A stretch of DNA of 44,929 nt from Octopus bimaculoides (taxonomy: Eukaryota): positions 37,512,156 to 37,557,084 of the forward strand of contig NC_068983.1 in NCBI RefSeq assembly GCF_001194135.2. The letters run 5' to 3'. The notes beneath the pieces are model-generated. The model searched no databases. It worked only from the letters and a program-made list of their open reading frames with translations, and was not told where the DNA came from. Each line of letters begins with the position of its first letter. Position 1 is the first letter of the stretch. A program made the position numbers and the translations under genes. Positions 19,391-31,800 of this stretch are shown here, piece after piece.

Positions 19391-20880
19391 TCCTTGATGT
19401 AGAACTACACATACAAGTATTGCACTACTCCATTTCATCACTTTCCTTGCTCAAGTCAGTCAGTGATATATGGAAGAGAACATTGTGTTTAACTTTATTG
19501 TTGCTCAAAACATTTAAATTGCTCTCCTCTTCTTTTGACTTAATAAACAAGTACAGGTATTATTTGAAACCCCCCATTCCTGTCACTATTTTAGGATTAG
19601 GGAAGGCATATTATTTATGTTAGTATTACACCTGCATCATGAATAGACAGCTTCATATGACTCTAAACTTGATCTTTTCAGCTCTTGGAGAAATTCCGAG
19701 GAATAATTTCATCAAAGAATATATGATCTTTTTTTTTAATTGGCACAAGGCCACACGTTTGCTAGGTTCTGAGGGTGGATTTGTTTGAATTGACACAAGT
19801 ATAAATGATTCTGTGTGGACAAAAGGTGAAACTAACTTGGCAGGGTTTGAATTTGGGCCAAGACTAAGTACTGTAAAGCATTTAGTCTGGTGCTCTGCCA
19901 CTTCTGTAAACTTGCCACCCACTTCTTCAGGTTAATATTATGAGATAAGCTACCTGACATTTGTTTTATTCATACATTAGTTATACAAGTCATTTTCTGA
20001 CGTAAATAACTGTTACAGTATCATATGAAGTAAACTAGGTTCTCCTCATTTTTGTTGTTTCTAAATTTACTTGAAAAATATTGAGTATTCCATCTGCAGT
20101 TTCAGCTATCAATTTAGCAGTAAACACTAATAATAGACCATTTAATAACAGTTCTTGTTGAGTTACATTATCAGCAAATCTGACATAATGCAATCAATCT
20201 GCATTTTTAGCTGAGGTTATCCTAAGATTTACTACTTAAAACATATGCTTCTCATTTTAAATTTGCTGCATTCAATAGACACAGGAATTATACATTTGAT
20301 CTTCTAGCTCCACCATTTCAGTAAAACATAAGTTCCTATTTTGATAGTGACTTTTATCTATTAATTTAAATTTAAGTGAAGACTCGAATACATGTATCTG
20401 ATTTAAAACAGATTGGTGAAGATGTTGGACACTTCACTGTGTGCAAAACATAGAATTATTATCTGTACTCTAAGATAATGCACAATGTTGGTTTCATTTA
20501 AATTTACTAGCGGAAAAACCTGCCCACTGTGTGGTTTTCTGCTAATTGCTACATAATATTTGTACATTTGATTTCCAATTTGTGCAATTTTCCTGATATT
20601 ACATCTGATTTACCCTTATATCCTTCTAATAGCACTCAATAAATAAGCAAGATGGTGTTGGAATTTATGAAGAAATTGAGTATTATGTTAGCCATGTAAA
20701 AGTCCTGTTTATCATATATATATATACAGGGTAGATTTCATAAATTTGCATGATGGCAATCTGGAATGTGCACCTAGTATATACTGTAAAAGATCATATT
20801 GAAAAATTTAGGGTAGGTTCGAAAACATTATTATATAACTTATTTCTTCAGCATTATTTTTCCATCTATATATATATATA

Positions 20881-21405
20881 TATGATGACTTCCGACCGAG
20901 ACCTTTGGAAATATGCTGTGCGTGAGAAGACCCGGCAAGCCAAGTGAGACCTAAATCCAAGGCCTCTGCCAGGACTGTAGCCAGCCCATTTATGCGTGCC
21001 TTTCCTTCATTGGACACTAAACTCCACTTGCGAAGACCTGTTGAGGCAAGTGAAATGGAAATCGAACTAAACTCGACGACTGGCACTCATGCCAATGTCG
21101 TCTCCTTCATTGGACACGAAATTTGGCTTGCGAAGACCTGTTGGGGGCAAGTGAAATCGTGATGGCACGTGTAAAGACATTCGAGCGAGATCGTTGCCAG
21201 TACCGCCTGACTGGCCTTCATGCCGATAGCACATAAAAGCACCCACTACACTTTTGGAGTGGTTGGCGTTAGGAAGGGCATCCAGCTGTAGAAACTCTGC
21301 CAAATCAGATTAGAGTCTGGTGTAGCCATCTGGTTCACTAGTCCTCAGTCAAATCGTCCAACCCATGCTAGCATGGAAAGTGGACGTTAAACGATGATGA
21401 TGATA
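20881..21405 (+). mobile_element. 5'-truncated RTE copy (ORF C-terminus plus 3' UTR plus (GAT)n tail)
   Basis: MMTSDRDLWKYAVREKTRQAK* end (stop 20945-20947), two ~100-bp subrepeats, AGGAAGGGCATCCAGCTGTAGAAA motif, GAT tail; starts at a (TA)n tract. Confidence 0.8.
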
Positions 21406-21840
21406 TTTATTCATTTTAGTGTTAATAACCTATTTAAACCCATCATATAACTACAATAACATAAACAGTAAAGGAATTAACTATTGGGAATATATGATGG
21501 ATTTCAAGTTACATTCTTAGGTATAGGAGAAAGAGAGAAAAGTGAAGTGCTCAGGCGATTCTGTTGATTGGATCAATTGAAACCCTCATCGTAACCGACG
21601 GAGTGTCAGTACCAGACATGACACTACTGTAGTGCTAGTGCTGTGAAATATTGCACACAATATACACACACACACATATATATATATATACATATGTATA
21701 TAAATAAGTAACAAAGATAATACAGGTGTCAAGACATGGAGTCTTGATATTCAATATTCAAATAACATTGTTGGGGTGTGCAGATTATACTGAATTAGCA
21801 AGGTACCTCAATTTAAGTACCCAATTCAACTGAATCTTAT

Positions 21841-22192
21841 ATAGTTGGCACTCTGTCGCTTACGACGTCGAGGGTTCCAGTTGATCCAATCAACGGAACA
21901 GCCTCCTTGTGAAATGAACGTGTAAGTGGCTGAGCACTCCACAGACACGTGTACCCTTAACATAGTTCTCGGGGATATTCAGCGTGACACAGTGTGACAA
22001 GGCTGACCCTTTGAATTACAGGCACAACAGAAACAGGAAGTAAGAGTGAGAGAAAGTTGTGGTGAACGAGTACAGCAGGGTTCGCCTCCTCATGCAGCTT
22101 TAGGTGTTTTCGCTCAATAAACACTCACAACGCCCGGTCTGGGAATCGAAGCCGCAAGTCTGCTGCACTAACTACTGGGCCATTGCACCTCC
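21841..22192 (-). mobile_element. tRNA-derived SINE (family A); other copies 30536-30860 (+), 21530-21610 and 32815-33075
   Basis: Reverse complement starts GGAGGTGCAATGGCCCAGTAGTTAG (A box) ... GCTTCGATTCCC (B box); shared body GTCACACTGTGTCACGCTGAAT. Confidence 0.75.
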
Positions 22193-22270
22193 ACTGAATC
22201 TTATATAATATATATGTGTGTGTGTGTGTGTAGATATATTTACATGTTGAAATTAAATATATAGGCACAT

Positions 22271-22630
22271 GCATGGCTGTGTGGTAAGAAGGTTGCTTCC
22301 CAACCACATGGTTCCAGATTCAGTCCTGCTACATGGCACCTTGGGCAAGTGTCTTCTACTATGGCCTCTGGCCAACCAAAACGTTGTGAGAGGGAATTGG
22401 TAGACGGAAACTGAAAGTAGCCCATTGTATATATTTATGTTTGTAACTGTCCCCCACTCCCATTGCTTGACAACTGAATCTCGTGTGTTTATGTCCCCGA
22501 AACTTGGAGGTTTGGCAGAAATAACTGATAGAATAAACAGCAGGCTTACAAAGAATAAGTCCAAGGGTCAATATCTTCAGCTAAAAGGCAGTACTCCAGC
22601 ATGGCCACAGTCAAATAACTGAAAGAAGTA
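22271..22630 (+). mobile_element. tRNA-derived SINE (family B); diverged copies 18620-18870 (+), 26660-26820 (-), 32440-32590 (-)
   Basis: TGGCTGTGTGGTAAG head, GGCACCTTGGGCAAGTGTCTTCTACTAT core, GGTAGACGGAAACTGAAAG. Confidence 0.7.
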
Positions 22631-23280
22631 AAAGAGTATGTGTATGTACATGCTAGATGCTGTTCATCAAGACAAAACAGGACCACATCTTACATGAGTG
22701 TCATTTTGGGTTTGTTTCTTGGCATGTTTAATTTCTCTTTTCTTTGATTTAATTTCTCATCTGCTATGAACATTCTGAATGTATTATTATTACTACTACT
22801 TTCGTTCCTCGTACCATCTCCCCAAATTAAACTTGCATCTAGTTGCAGCTCATCTATTTAAAAATTCTTGTCCCATGTGCTCCCTTCCATTCCATTCTTT
22901 CATGTATTCTTGACCAGTCACCAAATGATGATGCATTGCTAAGTTAAGGTTCTCTCATTTTTTTCGATCTTTCATACATTCATTCGCCATTAACACTTTA
23001 AATGTATTGTTTACTAACAGCTAGTTTTCAGAAGCTAACTAATTAAATTAAGACACTTACTCGTTTCTTGGCTTGTTTAATTTCTCGTTTCTATGGTTTA
23101 ATTTCTCATCCGCCATGAACACTCTGAATGGATATTACTACTACTACCATTCCTCATGCCATCTCCCAAATTAAACTCTGCGGTGCGCCTGCCTTGTCCC
23201 GCTCCCACCACCAATATCGGATATCTCAATCTTTATCTCTATTTCCTCACCATCAACACTGGATATCTCTCTCTCTCCTC

Positions 23281-23812
23281 CCACCACCATTACCTGATGT
23301 CTCTTCTCTCAAACCCTCCTCCTCCTCACTGGGCTTTTCTCTATATATTACCTGCACTCTCTCTCTCTCTCCTGGGACAAATGCAACTAGCTCAGTTGCC
23401 CACCTACTTACCAGCTATCTTTCATTTCATTTCGTTCTGTCTAGAAATTTGTCACCGCCATTACCAGATGTCTCTTCTCTCAATCCCCCCTCCTCACTGG
23501 TGCCATTCTCTATATTACCCACACCCCTTCTCTCTCTTCTTGGAAAAATGCAACAAGGTTAGCTGCCCACCTACTTAACCGACTATCATTTCGTTTTGTT
23601 CCATCTAGAAATATGCCACCAATTACCCAGTAATTTTCCATGCACATCCAGGGAAGGAGACAGCTAATCGGCTGTACATGTGTGTATGTATGGATGAGCT
23701 TGCTTCCTCTCTGTTTGAAACACACCTCCTCGCTAGTGGTACTCTCCATCATACCTGCAATCCCCTCTCCCTGGACAAATGCAACCAGTTTAGCTGACTC
23801 CCTACTTAACCT
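23281..23812. repeat. Diverged ~160-170-bp tandem repeat (2 full units plus partial units)
   Basis: CCA(C/G)CATTACC.GATGTCTCTTCTCTCAA and AATGCAAC.AG.T.AG.TG.CC.CCTACTTA recur. Confidence 0.8.
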
Positions 23813-23989
23813 AACATTGGAATATCCATATTTGCAACATCGCTAAAATTTGCATTTTTTTTTTCTTATGATGACCATAATGCCCCACTAGCACCTACTT
23901 CTACCTCCAGTAGGGGCAACAATCTTAATCTTAACACTCTTGAATGTTTGAATGATGTCGAGTCAGAAGCATGGTGAAGCATGCCTTAA

Positions 23990-25297
23990 AAACAAACACG
24001 GCAAACTCCCTCTTCTTTTCAGGTGCTGAATAACATCTCTCCTCTCCAAGCCCCACCCCACATTCCTTTCCCAATGTAGGTCTTGTGAGATTGTAGAGAT
24101 GCTTGAAAGAAGATGTCAATGTATGCTGCATACAAAAGGTAAGATGGAGAGGTGCTTCAGCTAGGGTCCTCACAGGCAAGGTACATAGGTATAAAATCTT
24201 CTGGCAAGGTAACATGGATGGAGTAGGGGGTGTAGGCATACTCCTTGTGGAGAAATGGGTAAAGTCATAGAGGTTGTCAGGGTATGCGATAGAGTGCTTA
24301 AGCTCAGGTTAGTCCTGCAGAACAGCACAGCTACAATTATCTCTGCCTACGCCCCGTGACAATGACCTCATCTTTGCAACTGGAGATTTTAATGGGCATG
24401 TTGGGCGGCAATCTGATATCTTCACTGGTGTACACGGGGGCCATGGTATTGGTTCCTGAAACAATGAGGGAACTAGGCTACTGGAGTTCTGTGATGCATG
24501 TAACCTTTTAATCTGCAACACTAATTTCAGGAAGCCAGACAGCCACCTGATAACCTGCTAGCTAGATTGATTTCATCCTCACCAGACAGCAAAATGCGGG
24601 GTTGCTCTTAAATACAAAGACCCTCCTGGGTAAAGAATGTACCCCTCCAGCTTAGTCATTAGTGACTTTAGGCTCGAGACCAGAAGGATACCAAGAAGCA
24701 GACCAATCCAGAAAAGGATTTGGAAGCTAAAGAACCCTTCACATGGTCAGAGATTTAGGGACATCCTCATCGAGAAATTTGATGAGAGGGAGGAGGCGCT
24801 ACAGACCTCGGACATAGAAGGTAGCTGGAAATTCCTATAGAACAGCTTACTGAGTGCCACAGACCAAGTCTGTGGATGGTGCACAGTCCCTTCCAGACCT
24901 AGAGTAACGTGGTGGTGGAATAGTATGGTAGACAAAGCCATTAGAGCGAAGAAACAGGCCTGGAAGGGTGGGGGTAGCCGGGAACTGTACCAGATAGCCA
25001 GAAGGGCGGCTGGGTGACAGGTATACATAGCCAAGGGCAAAGCATAAAAGAAGTTTGCCAATATCCAGCAATGTGAGGATGAAAGAACTGAAGTATTTCA
25101 GATTGCAAGATGGTGTGTGAGAGAAAATTGTGATGTTACAGGAGAGAAATATGTCCACATGGATGATGGTGCACTTTCTTTTAGTGATTCGGAAAACAAA
25201 GAGGCTTGGAGAAACCATTATGAAAGACTGCTGAACATGGAGAATGAATAGGAGGAGGAGAGCCTGCCAAATGTTGACCCAGTAGAGGGACCAGCAC
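23990..25297 (+). mobile_element. Decayed RTE-clade LINE, APE endonuclease and linker region (no RT)
   Basis: Broken frames give EIVEMLER..CCIQKVRWRGASARVLTGK, YKIFWQGNMDGVGGVGILL, TIISAYAP, IFATGDFNGHVG, LLEFCDACNLLICNTNFRKP and LPNVDPVEGPA, with multiple stops and frameshifts. Confidence 0.9.
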
Positions 25298-25560
25298 CAC
25301 TTTGACTGGCTTCCATGCCGGTAGCATGTAAAAAGCACCAACTGATCGTGGTTGTTGCCAGCCTTCTCTGGCCCCTGTACCGGTGGCATGTAAAAAGCAC
25401 CCACTACATTCTTGGAGTGGTTGGCATTATGAAGGGCATCCAGCTGTAGAAATACTGCCAGATCGGACTGGAGCCTGGGGAAGCCTCTTGGCTTCCCAGA
25501 CCCTAGTCAAACTGTCCAACCCATGCCAGTATGGAAAACGGATGTTAAATGATGATGATT
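25298..25560 (+). mobile_element. RTE 3'-tail repeat directly following the endonuclease fragment
   Basis: GTGGTTGGCATTATGAAGGGCATCCAGCTGTAGAAA motif and a GATGATGAT tail. Confidence 0.8.
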
Positions 25561-25959
25561 TTCTATAACTGGATGCCTTTCTAACACCAGCCACTTTATA
25601 AGCTGTACTAGGTACATTTTATGTGACACCATTACTAGGGAAGTGCCAAATTCTCAAAAAGGCTAAAGGGTCCTTTCAACCATACACATTAAAAATGTGC
25701 TACATACACTTTTTCATGGCACCAGTACTACTGAAGAATCCTTGTCCATGACTCAACTGGAGAGACCTCTTGACTGTTCATTCACCAACCTCTTTACAGC
25801 ATAAGAAACAAAGGATAAGACAGGGGCATGAATGATTGTTATATGAAGGATGAGGATACTCAACATTCTGAGACAAGAATGTACAGTCAAGGTAATGTGA
25901 TATTTAGAATAGGACAATATATACACACACAAACCATCATCCTGTAATATAAATATTAC

Positions 25960-26600
25960 CAACAAGCTCTTTGACATCTGATGAGTAAGAAGGAACATTT
26001 GAATTAGTGCTTCGCTCTATCATCATCGTTTGATATCCATTTTTCCATGCTTGCAATAGGTCAGACAGAATTTGTTGAGGCAGACTTTCTACAATTAGAT
26101 ACCCTTCCACCCTTACTTTTTCCAGGTGAGGTAAAAATTTCCACATAGCTAGGCTTGCTTTTCATGAAAGACTGTAAACAAACAACCTTCCTTTTATAAC
26201 AATGACACTCAGTTACAACCATCATGTGATGTCTAGACAAGTGTATACACACACACACCCATGAATGTAAGCATATATATATATATATATTTAACATCCA
26301 CCTTCCATGCTGGCATGGGTGGGACGGTTTTGTTGGCCAGTCAGAAGCCTGCACCAGACTTCTGTGACTGTTTTGCAAGATTTTTAGCTGGATGCCCTTT
26401 CTAACACCAACCACTCAACAGAGTAGACTTAATGCTTTTTACGTGGCACAAGCATAGGCAAGGTCAGTTTTGGCAAGGTTTTTACAGTTAGATGCCCTTC
26501 CAAACACCAACCACTTTACAGTGTGGACTGGGTACTTTTAAGTGGCACCCATACTGACAGGGTCACCAAGTATTTGCAAGACAAAAGAAAAAACCTTCCA
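25960..26600 (-). mobile_element. Cluster of diverged RTE-tail fragments
   Basis: Repeated GGATGCCCTT..AACACCAACCACT motifs and TTTAACATCCACCTTCCATGC. Confidence 0.7.
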
Positions 26601-27574
26601 AGAGAAGAGGAGGCATTGCTGGAGGTGATCTTGTGTTGGATGATGAAAGGTTATAGTGAGACATATATAAAGGCTTTTTTCAGTTTCTGTCTACCAAATT
26701 CACAAGGCTTTGGTTGATGTAAGGCTGTAAGAGAAGACACTTGATCAAGGTGCTGCCAAGTAGGACTGAACACAAGACCACTGTTTGGGAAGCAAGCTTC
26801 TTAACGTCACAACCATATCTGAACCTAATTCTAAGTGTATATTAAGACATGTTTATGTGTGTATATAGAATCTTGTGATCAGTGTGGCATCATGGATGAG
26901 GACAGAAAGATTTTGCAAAGTGGTTTTAAAATCAATAATGTATACCTGATACTGATAAAATAGAGATGCAAGTATGTACGTCTGGATTAACAAAAGTTTT
27001 GGTTACAAAATCAGGCTCTCTTTGATGAGTACCGAATAAAGGCTGTAGTCACTGAAATAACGAGTGACTACAACTGAAATGTTGAAGTACATAAAATATT
27101 ACAAGTTAGTTCTGAATAGGTCACTTTGTTCTACATTGCCTTAGTTGTTGGGATAGGAGCATCTACTTAACCTCATGAAACTAGACCATATAACCTACTT
27201 AAAAGGTAGTTTTTTTTGCCAAGTACAAACATATTGTTTTCAAATTTCCCAATAGCAATGCATCTTTGTGTGTGTATGTATATATATATATATATAATAT
27301 AACATGAGGATATCAGGCTTTAATAGTAAATCACAACATTCGTTTCTCTGCTGCACACCAGCTTTTAGTTGTTGAGTTCATATTCATATAACATTATACA
27401 AAATTATTTTTTATAGTTACTCTATAGTTTAATATTTTTCTGCAACTGCCATGTGTGGGCACTTTATCAGATAAAATACAATTAATTCCTGCTGGAATAC
27501 TCAAGGCATAAACAAATAATGACATAAGAGGTCTCTCTGCATGTTATGTGGTTTCTTTATCTGAATTATACTAA

Positions 27575-27643
27575 ATGTGTGTGTGTATATATATATGTAT
27601 GTGTATATATATGTATGTGTATACATATATATATGTATGTATA

Positions 27644-27740
<97 letters not shown>
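27575..27740. repeat. (TA)n microsatellite abutting gap 27741-28139
   Basis: Direct inspection. Confidence 0.98.
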
Positions 27741-28139
27741 NNNNNNNNNNNNNNNNNNNNNNNNNNNNNNNNNNNNNNNNNNNNNNNNNNNNNNNNNNNN
27801 NNNNNNNNNNNNNNNNNNNNNNNNNNNNNNNNNNNNNNNNNNNNNNNNNNNNNNNNNNNNNNNNNNNNNNNNNNNNNNNNNNNNNNNNNNNNNNNNNNNN
27901 NNNNNNNNNNNNNNNNNNNNNNNNNNNNNNNNNNNNNNNNNNNNNNNNNNNNNNNNNNNNNNNNNNNNNNNNNNNNNNNNNNNNNNNNNNNNNNNNNNNN
28001 NNNNNNNNNNNNNNNNNNNNNNNNNNNNNNNNNNNNNNNNNNNNNNNNNNNNNNNNNNNNNNNNNNNNNNNNNNNNNNNNNNNNNNNNNNNNNNNNNNNN
28101 NNNNNNNNNNNNNNNNNNNNNNNNNNNNNNNNNNNNNNN
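27741..28139. other. Assembly gap (others: 33102-33180, 39522-39564, 43223-44120)
   Basis: N runs. Confidence 1.
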
Positions 28140-28466
28140 GTACCGCCTGACTGGCCTTCGTAGGGTTTTCGAGCGAGATCGTTGCCAGTGCCCCTGGACT
28201 GGCTCTTGTGCGGGTGGCACATAAAAGACACCATTTCGAGCGTGGCCGTTGCCAGTACCGCCTGACTGGCCTTCGTGCGGGTGACACGTAAAAGCACCCA
28301 CTACACTCTCTGAGTGGTTGGCGTTAGGAAGGGCATCCAGCTGTAGAAACTCTGCCAAATTAGATTGGAGCCTGGTGTTGCCATCCGGTTTCACCAGTCC
28401 TCAGTCAAATCGTCCAACCCATGCTAGCATGGAAAGCGGATGTTAAACGATGATGATGATGATGAT
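28140..28466 (+). mobile_element. RTE-tail copy starting at the gap edge
   Basis: GTGGTTGGCGTTAGGAAGGGCATCCAGCTGTAGAAACTCTGCC and (GAT)n tail followed by (TA)n. Confidence 0.85.
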
Positions 28467-28828
28467 ATATATATATATATACATACGCCCAGAACCATGT
28501 TAATAGCTTAGGAGTGAAATTTATTAGGATTTCTCGGTTTTCTGTGAATCAATTTTGATAAGACTTTTCCCAGCTGGCTTACGCATAATGGCAACACCAT
28601 TGTTATGTTTTTGTTATTTTGTGTAACGTCCTTTCTTTTTATTTCGAATTCTTCAGTTTTGGGGTGAACCACGCTAATAGCTTTTGAATGAAAATAGCCC
28701 ATCTAGACATTTTTTTTTCCAGAAAATGAAGTGTAATATATATTAAGCATGCATTGAGTATATATTTAACAGAAAACCATAATAATATTATAACATTTAT
28801 TGACATAATGAATTATTTAGCCACATGA

Positions 28829-29690
28829 GTGCCAAGGAAGAAAAGATCCAATTGTTGGACCTCCAAGACTGTGACAGCTACTGATTTAAGGAATATTGGA
28901 TGCAAGTTATGTGGGAAACCTGGACAAACAAACAAAACCATTTTCACTGCTTCCAGACTTCCTCATGTACCAAAAACCACCAGAAATCTTGTCTTCGGGA
29001 CCATGGCTTCTGTGAGAACCCCTGAAACTGCCTCTTCGCAGAAATTTGAGGCTTCAATGGGCCCAAAAGTACATGATGTTAGACATGAGTTTTGTTCTGT
29101 TCACTGATGAAACCAGGGCAACCCTTGATGAACTTGACAGCTGGGCAAATGGTTGGGTCTGTTTTGGAGATGAGCATCACCAACGTTTACGACGTCAACA
29201 ATAGGGTGGAGGAATCATGTTGTGGGCTGGTATCATTAGGGACAGGCTTGTTGGCCCAGTCAGGGTGCCTGAAGAGGTTAAAGTAACCACAGCCATCTAC
29301 TGCAATCTCATGAAGAAGGTCTTGGATCCCTGGCTAGATGACATACTGCTGTCACTTTTAAGGAATCTCGTATTCATGCATGACAAATGCTCCCTTCCAT
29401 TCTACCAGGACCACCCAAACATTCCTAGGGTCTTACAGCACACAAGGTGAAAGGTTGATGGTGTGGCTGCCAGCATCTCTGGATCTCAACCCTATCAAAA
29501 AATCTTTGATGCATCATTAAACAAGATGTTTATGCCGATGGACACCAATTTACGTTGAAAGATGTCTTATAGTTGACCATCAAAGCTGCGGCAGAGGCAG
29601 TCCAAACTGCTACTATTAAGGAATTGATAGATTCCTTGACTAATATGGTTTTTGAAGTTATCCGTCAAAACAGCACTCATGTAGCTAAAT
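28829..29690 (+). mobile_element. Decayed Tc1-family (DD34E-like) transposase
   Basis: VLFTDETRATLDELDSWANGW, RRQQ*GGGIMLWAGII, LVFMHD and WLPASLDLNPIKN motifs across frameshifts. Confidence 0.85.
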
Positions 29691-29742
29691 AATTCATTAT
29701 GTCAATAAACGTTATAATATTATTATGATTTTCTGCTAAATA

Positions 29743-30330
29743 CAGGGTGTCCCAAAAGTCACTGATGGGTTTCAATTTTTAATAACTTCCGTAACTTTAC
29801 AAATAAATGCATGAAATTTTGATACAATATAAAGGACATAATGGAAATTAATATGCACAAGTCAAATTTTGCAACACCACTACATCACATATGAAAAACG
29901 ACATTGCTTAAATGGCAGCCATTTTCGACTTCATACATTTGTGCTCTTTCCAAAACTTTCACTATAACACCCTCAAGAGTTTCAGACCCCACTTCTCTGA
30001 TTTCTCTATTGATGTTCTCCTTCAGTTGCACCAGGGTTTCTGGTTTGTTGACGTAAAACCCCTCTTTCGGGTATCTCCACAAGAAAACTCCAGGCTAGTC
30101 AAGTCTGGGGAAAGTGAAGGCCAGTTGATATTGCCATAGCAGGAGATTATTCTCTCTCCAAAGCACTGCCGTAGCAACTGCATTGTTTCTCTTGTGGGAT
30201 GAGCAGTCGCTCCATCTTGCTGGAACCATGTGTGAGGTCTACTTTGAATGGCCTTCATGTTAAGCCATTTGATTTCAACTGGACTATTTATTATTGCTGC
30301 CGGGAACTGGCACACCAATCATCGTAAAGT
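29743..30330 (-). mobile_element. 3' part of a mariner-like element (DD41D/rosa-type spacing) with one terminal inverted repeat
   Basis: WFQQDGATAH...WPSLSPDLTSLEF, with 41 residues counted between the 2nd D and the third acidic position; NKPETLVQLKENI; end TA|CAGGGTGTCCCAAAAG at 29741. Confidence 0.85.
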
Positions 30331-30535
30331 CAATCAGTTGTAAGTCGGATAGGTCGTAAGTTGATGACCTGTATCAGAATTGACAGTTTGGTCTTTTGCT
30401 CTCCTATTGTACAAAGTGATTAACCATCACAAGCCATTTTGTGTTCTTTCATATGTGTTAAGAGACTCCTATGTCCTTCTAGTCAACCCACAAGATGAGA
30501 TCTTCATGTTATTATTTGTTTCGACACCAATGAAG

Positions 30536-30860
30536 ACATATAGCTTAGTGGTTAGAGTACTTAGAGTACTTGACTCATGATCCTAAAGTCCTGACTTTGA
30601 TTCCCGGCAGTGCATTGTGTCCTTGAGTAAAACACTTTACTTCACGTTGCTCCAGTCCACTCACCTGGCAAAAATGAGTTGTACCTATAATTCAAAGGGC
30701 CAGGGGCTAGCCTTATCACATTCTGTATCATTCTGAATCTCCCTGAGAACTTTGTTCAGGGTACTCGTGTCCATGGAGTGCTTAGCCCTTTGTACATTAA
30801 TTTCAAGAGCAGGTTGTTTCATTGATTGAGTTAACTGGAAGACTTGTCATAATTGACGGA
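30536..30860 (+). mobile_element. tRNA-derived SINE (family A)
   Basis: TAGCTTAGTGGTTAGAG (A box), TTTGATTCCC (B-box-like), TGTGTCCTTGAGTAAAACACTTT core. Confidence 0.75.
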
Positions 30861-31549
30861 GTTCCAGGAAGATGCCAATGGATCTGAAATGGTCACATTT
30901 TATTGTTAATCTGGACCCTAAGTGACCACTCTATTTCCATTTTGATCTGTTGTACCTCTTTTTCTGCTTATATTCATAAACATTATCTAGACTATAATTT
31001 AATCCAGCAACTCCACATCAATTGATCAGACCTGAGTAAACAAATTGATTAAAACCTATTTGTATTTGTTACAAACATTGTCATAAAAAGTCCTTTTGAT
31101 ATTTAATCTTCAATGTGAAAGGCTAATAAGTACATAACATTATGTGCTATCTGCATTAGAAAATGAACTCTTAAATTCAACCAATGAAATTGTAGACATT
31201 ATATGCCATGGGTATATAGATGTGTGAGGGTAGTGTGCATGAATAATGGAGCATAAATGAGCTGAGAGAAAAGCTGTGTTTCTATTCAATTCACTTGGAA
31301 GCAAACACATGGTTGTCATCACTCCTACTCTCTCTCTCTCCTGTTACTCCTTTTATCAAACTCCTACTCTCCTATTACGCTATCTTTTCTATAATCTCTC
31401 TCTAGTGTTCCTGTCATCTTTCTCTTCATTTTCTCAGGCACATTGTTTTGAATAAATGGGGACAACATAGAATGGTGAGGGGTACTTTTTTGTCATGCAG
31501 GTTACAAAGCAACTTCCCTGGTACTAATGCTTTGTAGTGGTGCAAAATT

Positions 31550-31800
31550 ATAGCCGCCATTGAGGAAGTACTATTCTGCGCATGCGCAAAGGACTTCACC
31601 ACCGGAAGCCCCTCGAGTACGCATGCATAGTAAAACTAGTACTTAAAGAGTTGTTTCACTTTCTAAGCCAGTTGAGCGAGAGACCTTCGATGTGGCAACT
31701 CCTCGCTCCTCAACGAAGCACTCTTCACCACGATGCCATCGATATGATAGCCATTTGCTCCTCTGGCAGGCATCAAGCAAGCCCTTAACCTTCCAATACC
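31550..31800. promoter_or_regulatory. Orphan CpG-rich promoter-like island
   Basis: GCCGCCATT (YY1-like, 31553), GAGGAAGT (ETS-like, 31562), perfect TGCGCATGCGCA (NRF1, 31577-31588) and ACCGGAAGC (ETS, 31601) within 60 bp. Confidence 0.6.

Noticed and set aside
19450-20250. Possible decayed hAT transposase on the minus strand (VRFADNVTQQELLL.., FIKSK..NLNV)
   Set aside because: Only faint motif resemblance across many stops; needs an HMM/tblastn search to support
24847-25404. Minus-strand ORFs of 104-185 aa at 24.7-25.4 kb
   Set aside because: Antisense shadows of the RTE endonuclease region
25800-25891. Exon-like segment (ctttacAG ... CAAG|GTAATG) encoding MNDCYMKDEDTQHSETRMYSQ; similar stop-containing segment at 35922-36039
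   Set aside because: No partner exons or homology recognised; sits among repeat fragments
27501-28394. Long ORF-track entries over 27.5-28.4 kb and 43.1-44.2 kb
   Set aside because: Artefacts of N runs and (TA)n/(CT)n microsatellites
29268-29295. CTGAAGAG-GTTA-AAG-TAAC-C resembling a hammerhead core with stem II
   Set aside because: Followed by ACAG rather than GAAA, has no stem III, and lies inside Tc1 transposase coding sequence
31640-31790. Possible snRNA/snoRNA (AAGGGCTT start reminiscent of U11)
   Set aside because: No Sm site or C/D/H/ACA boxes at the expected positions; match too short
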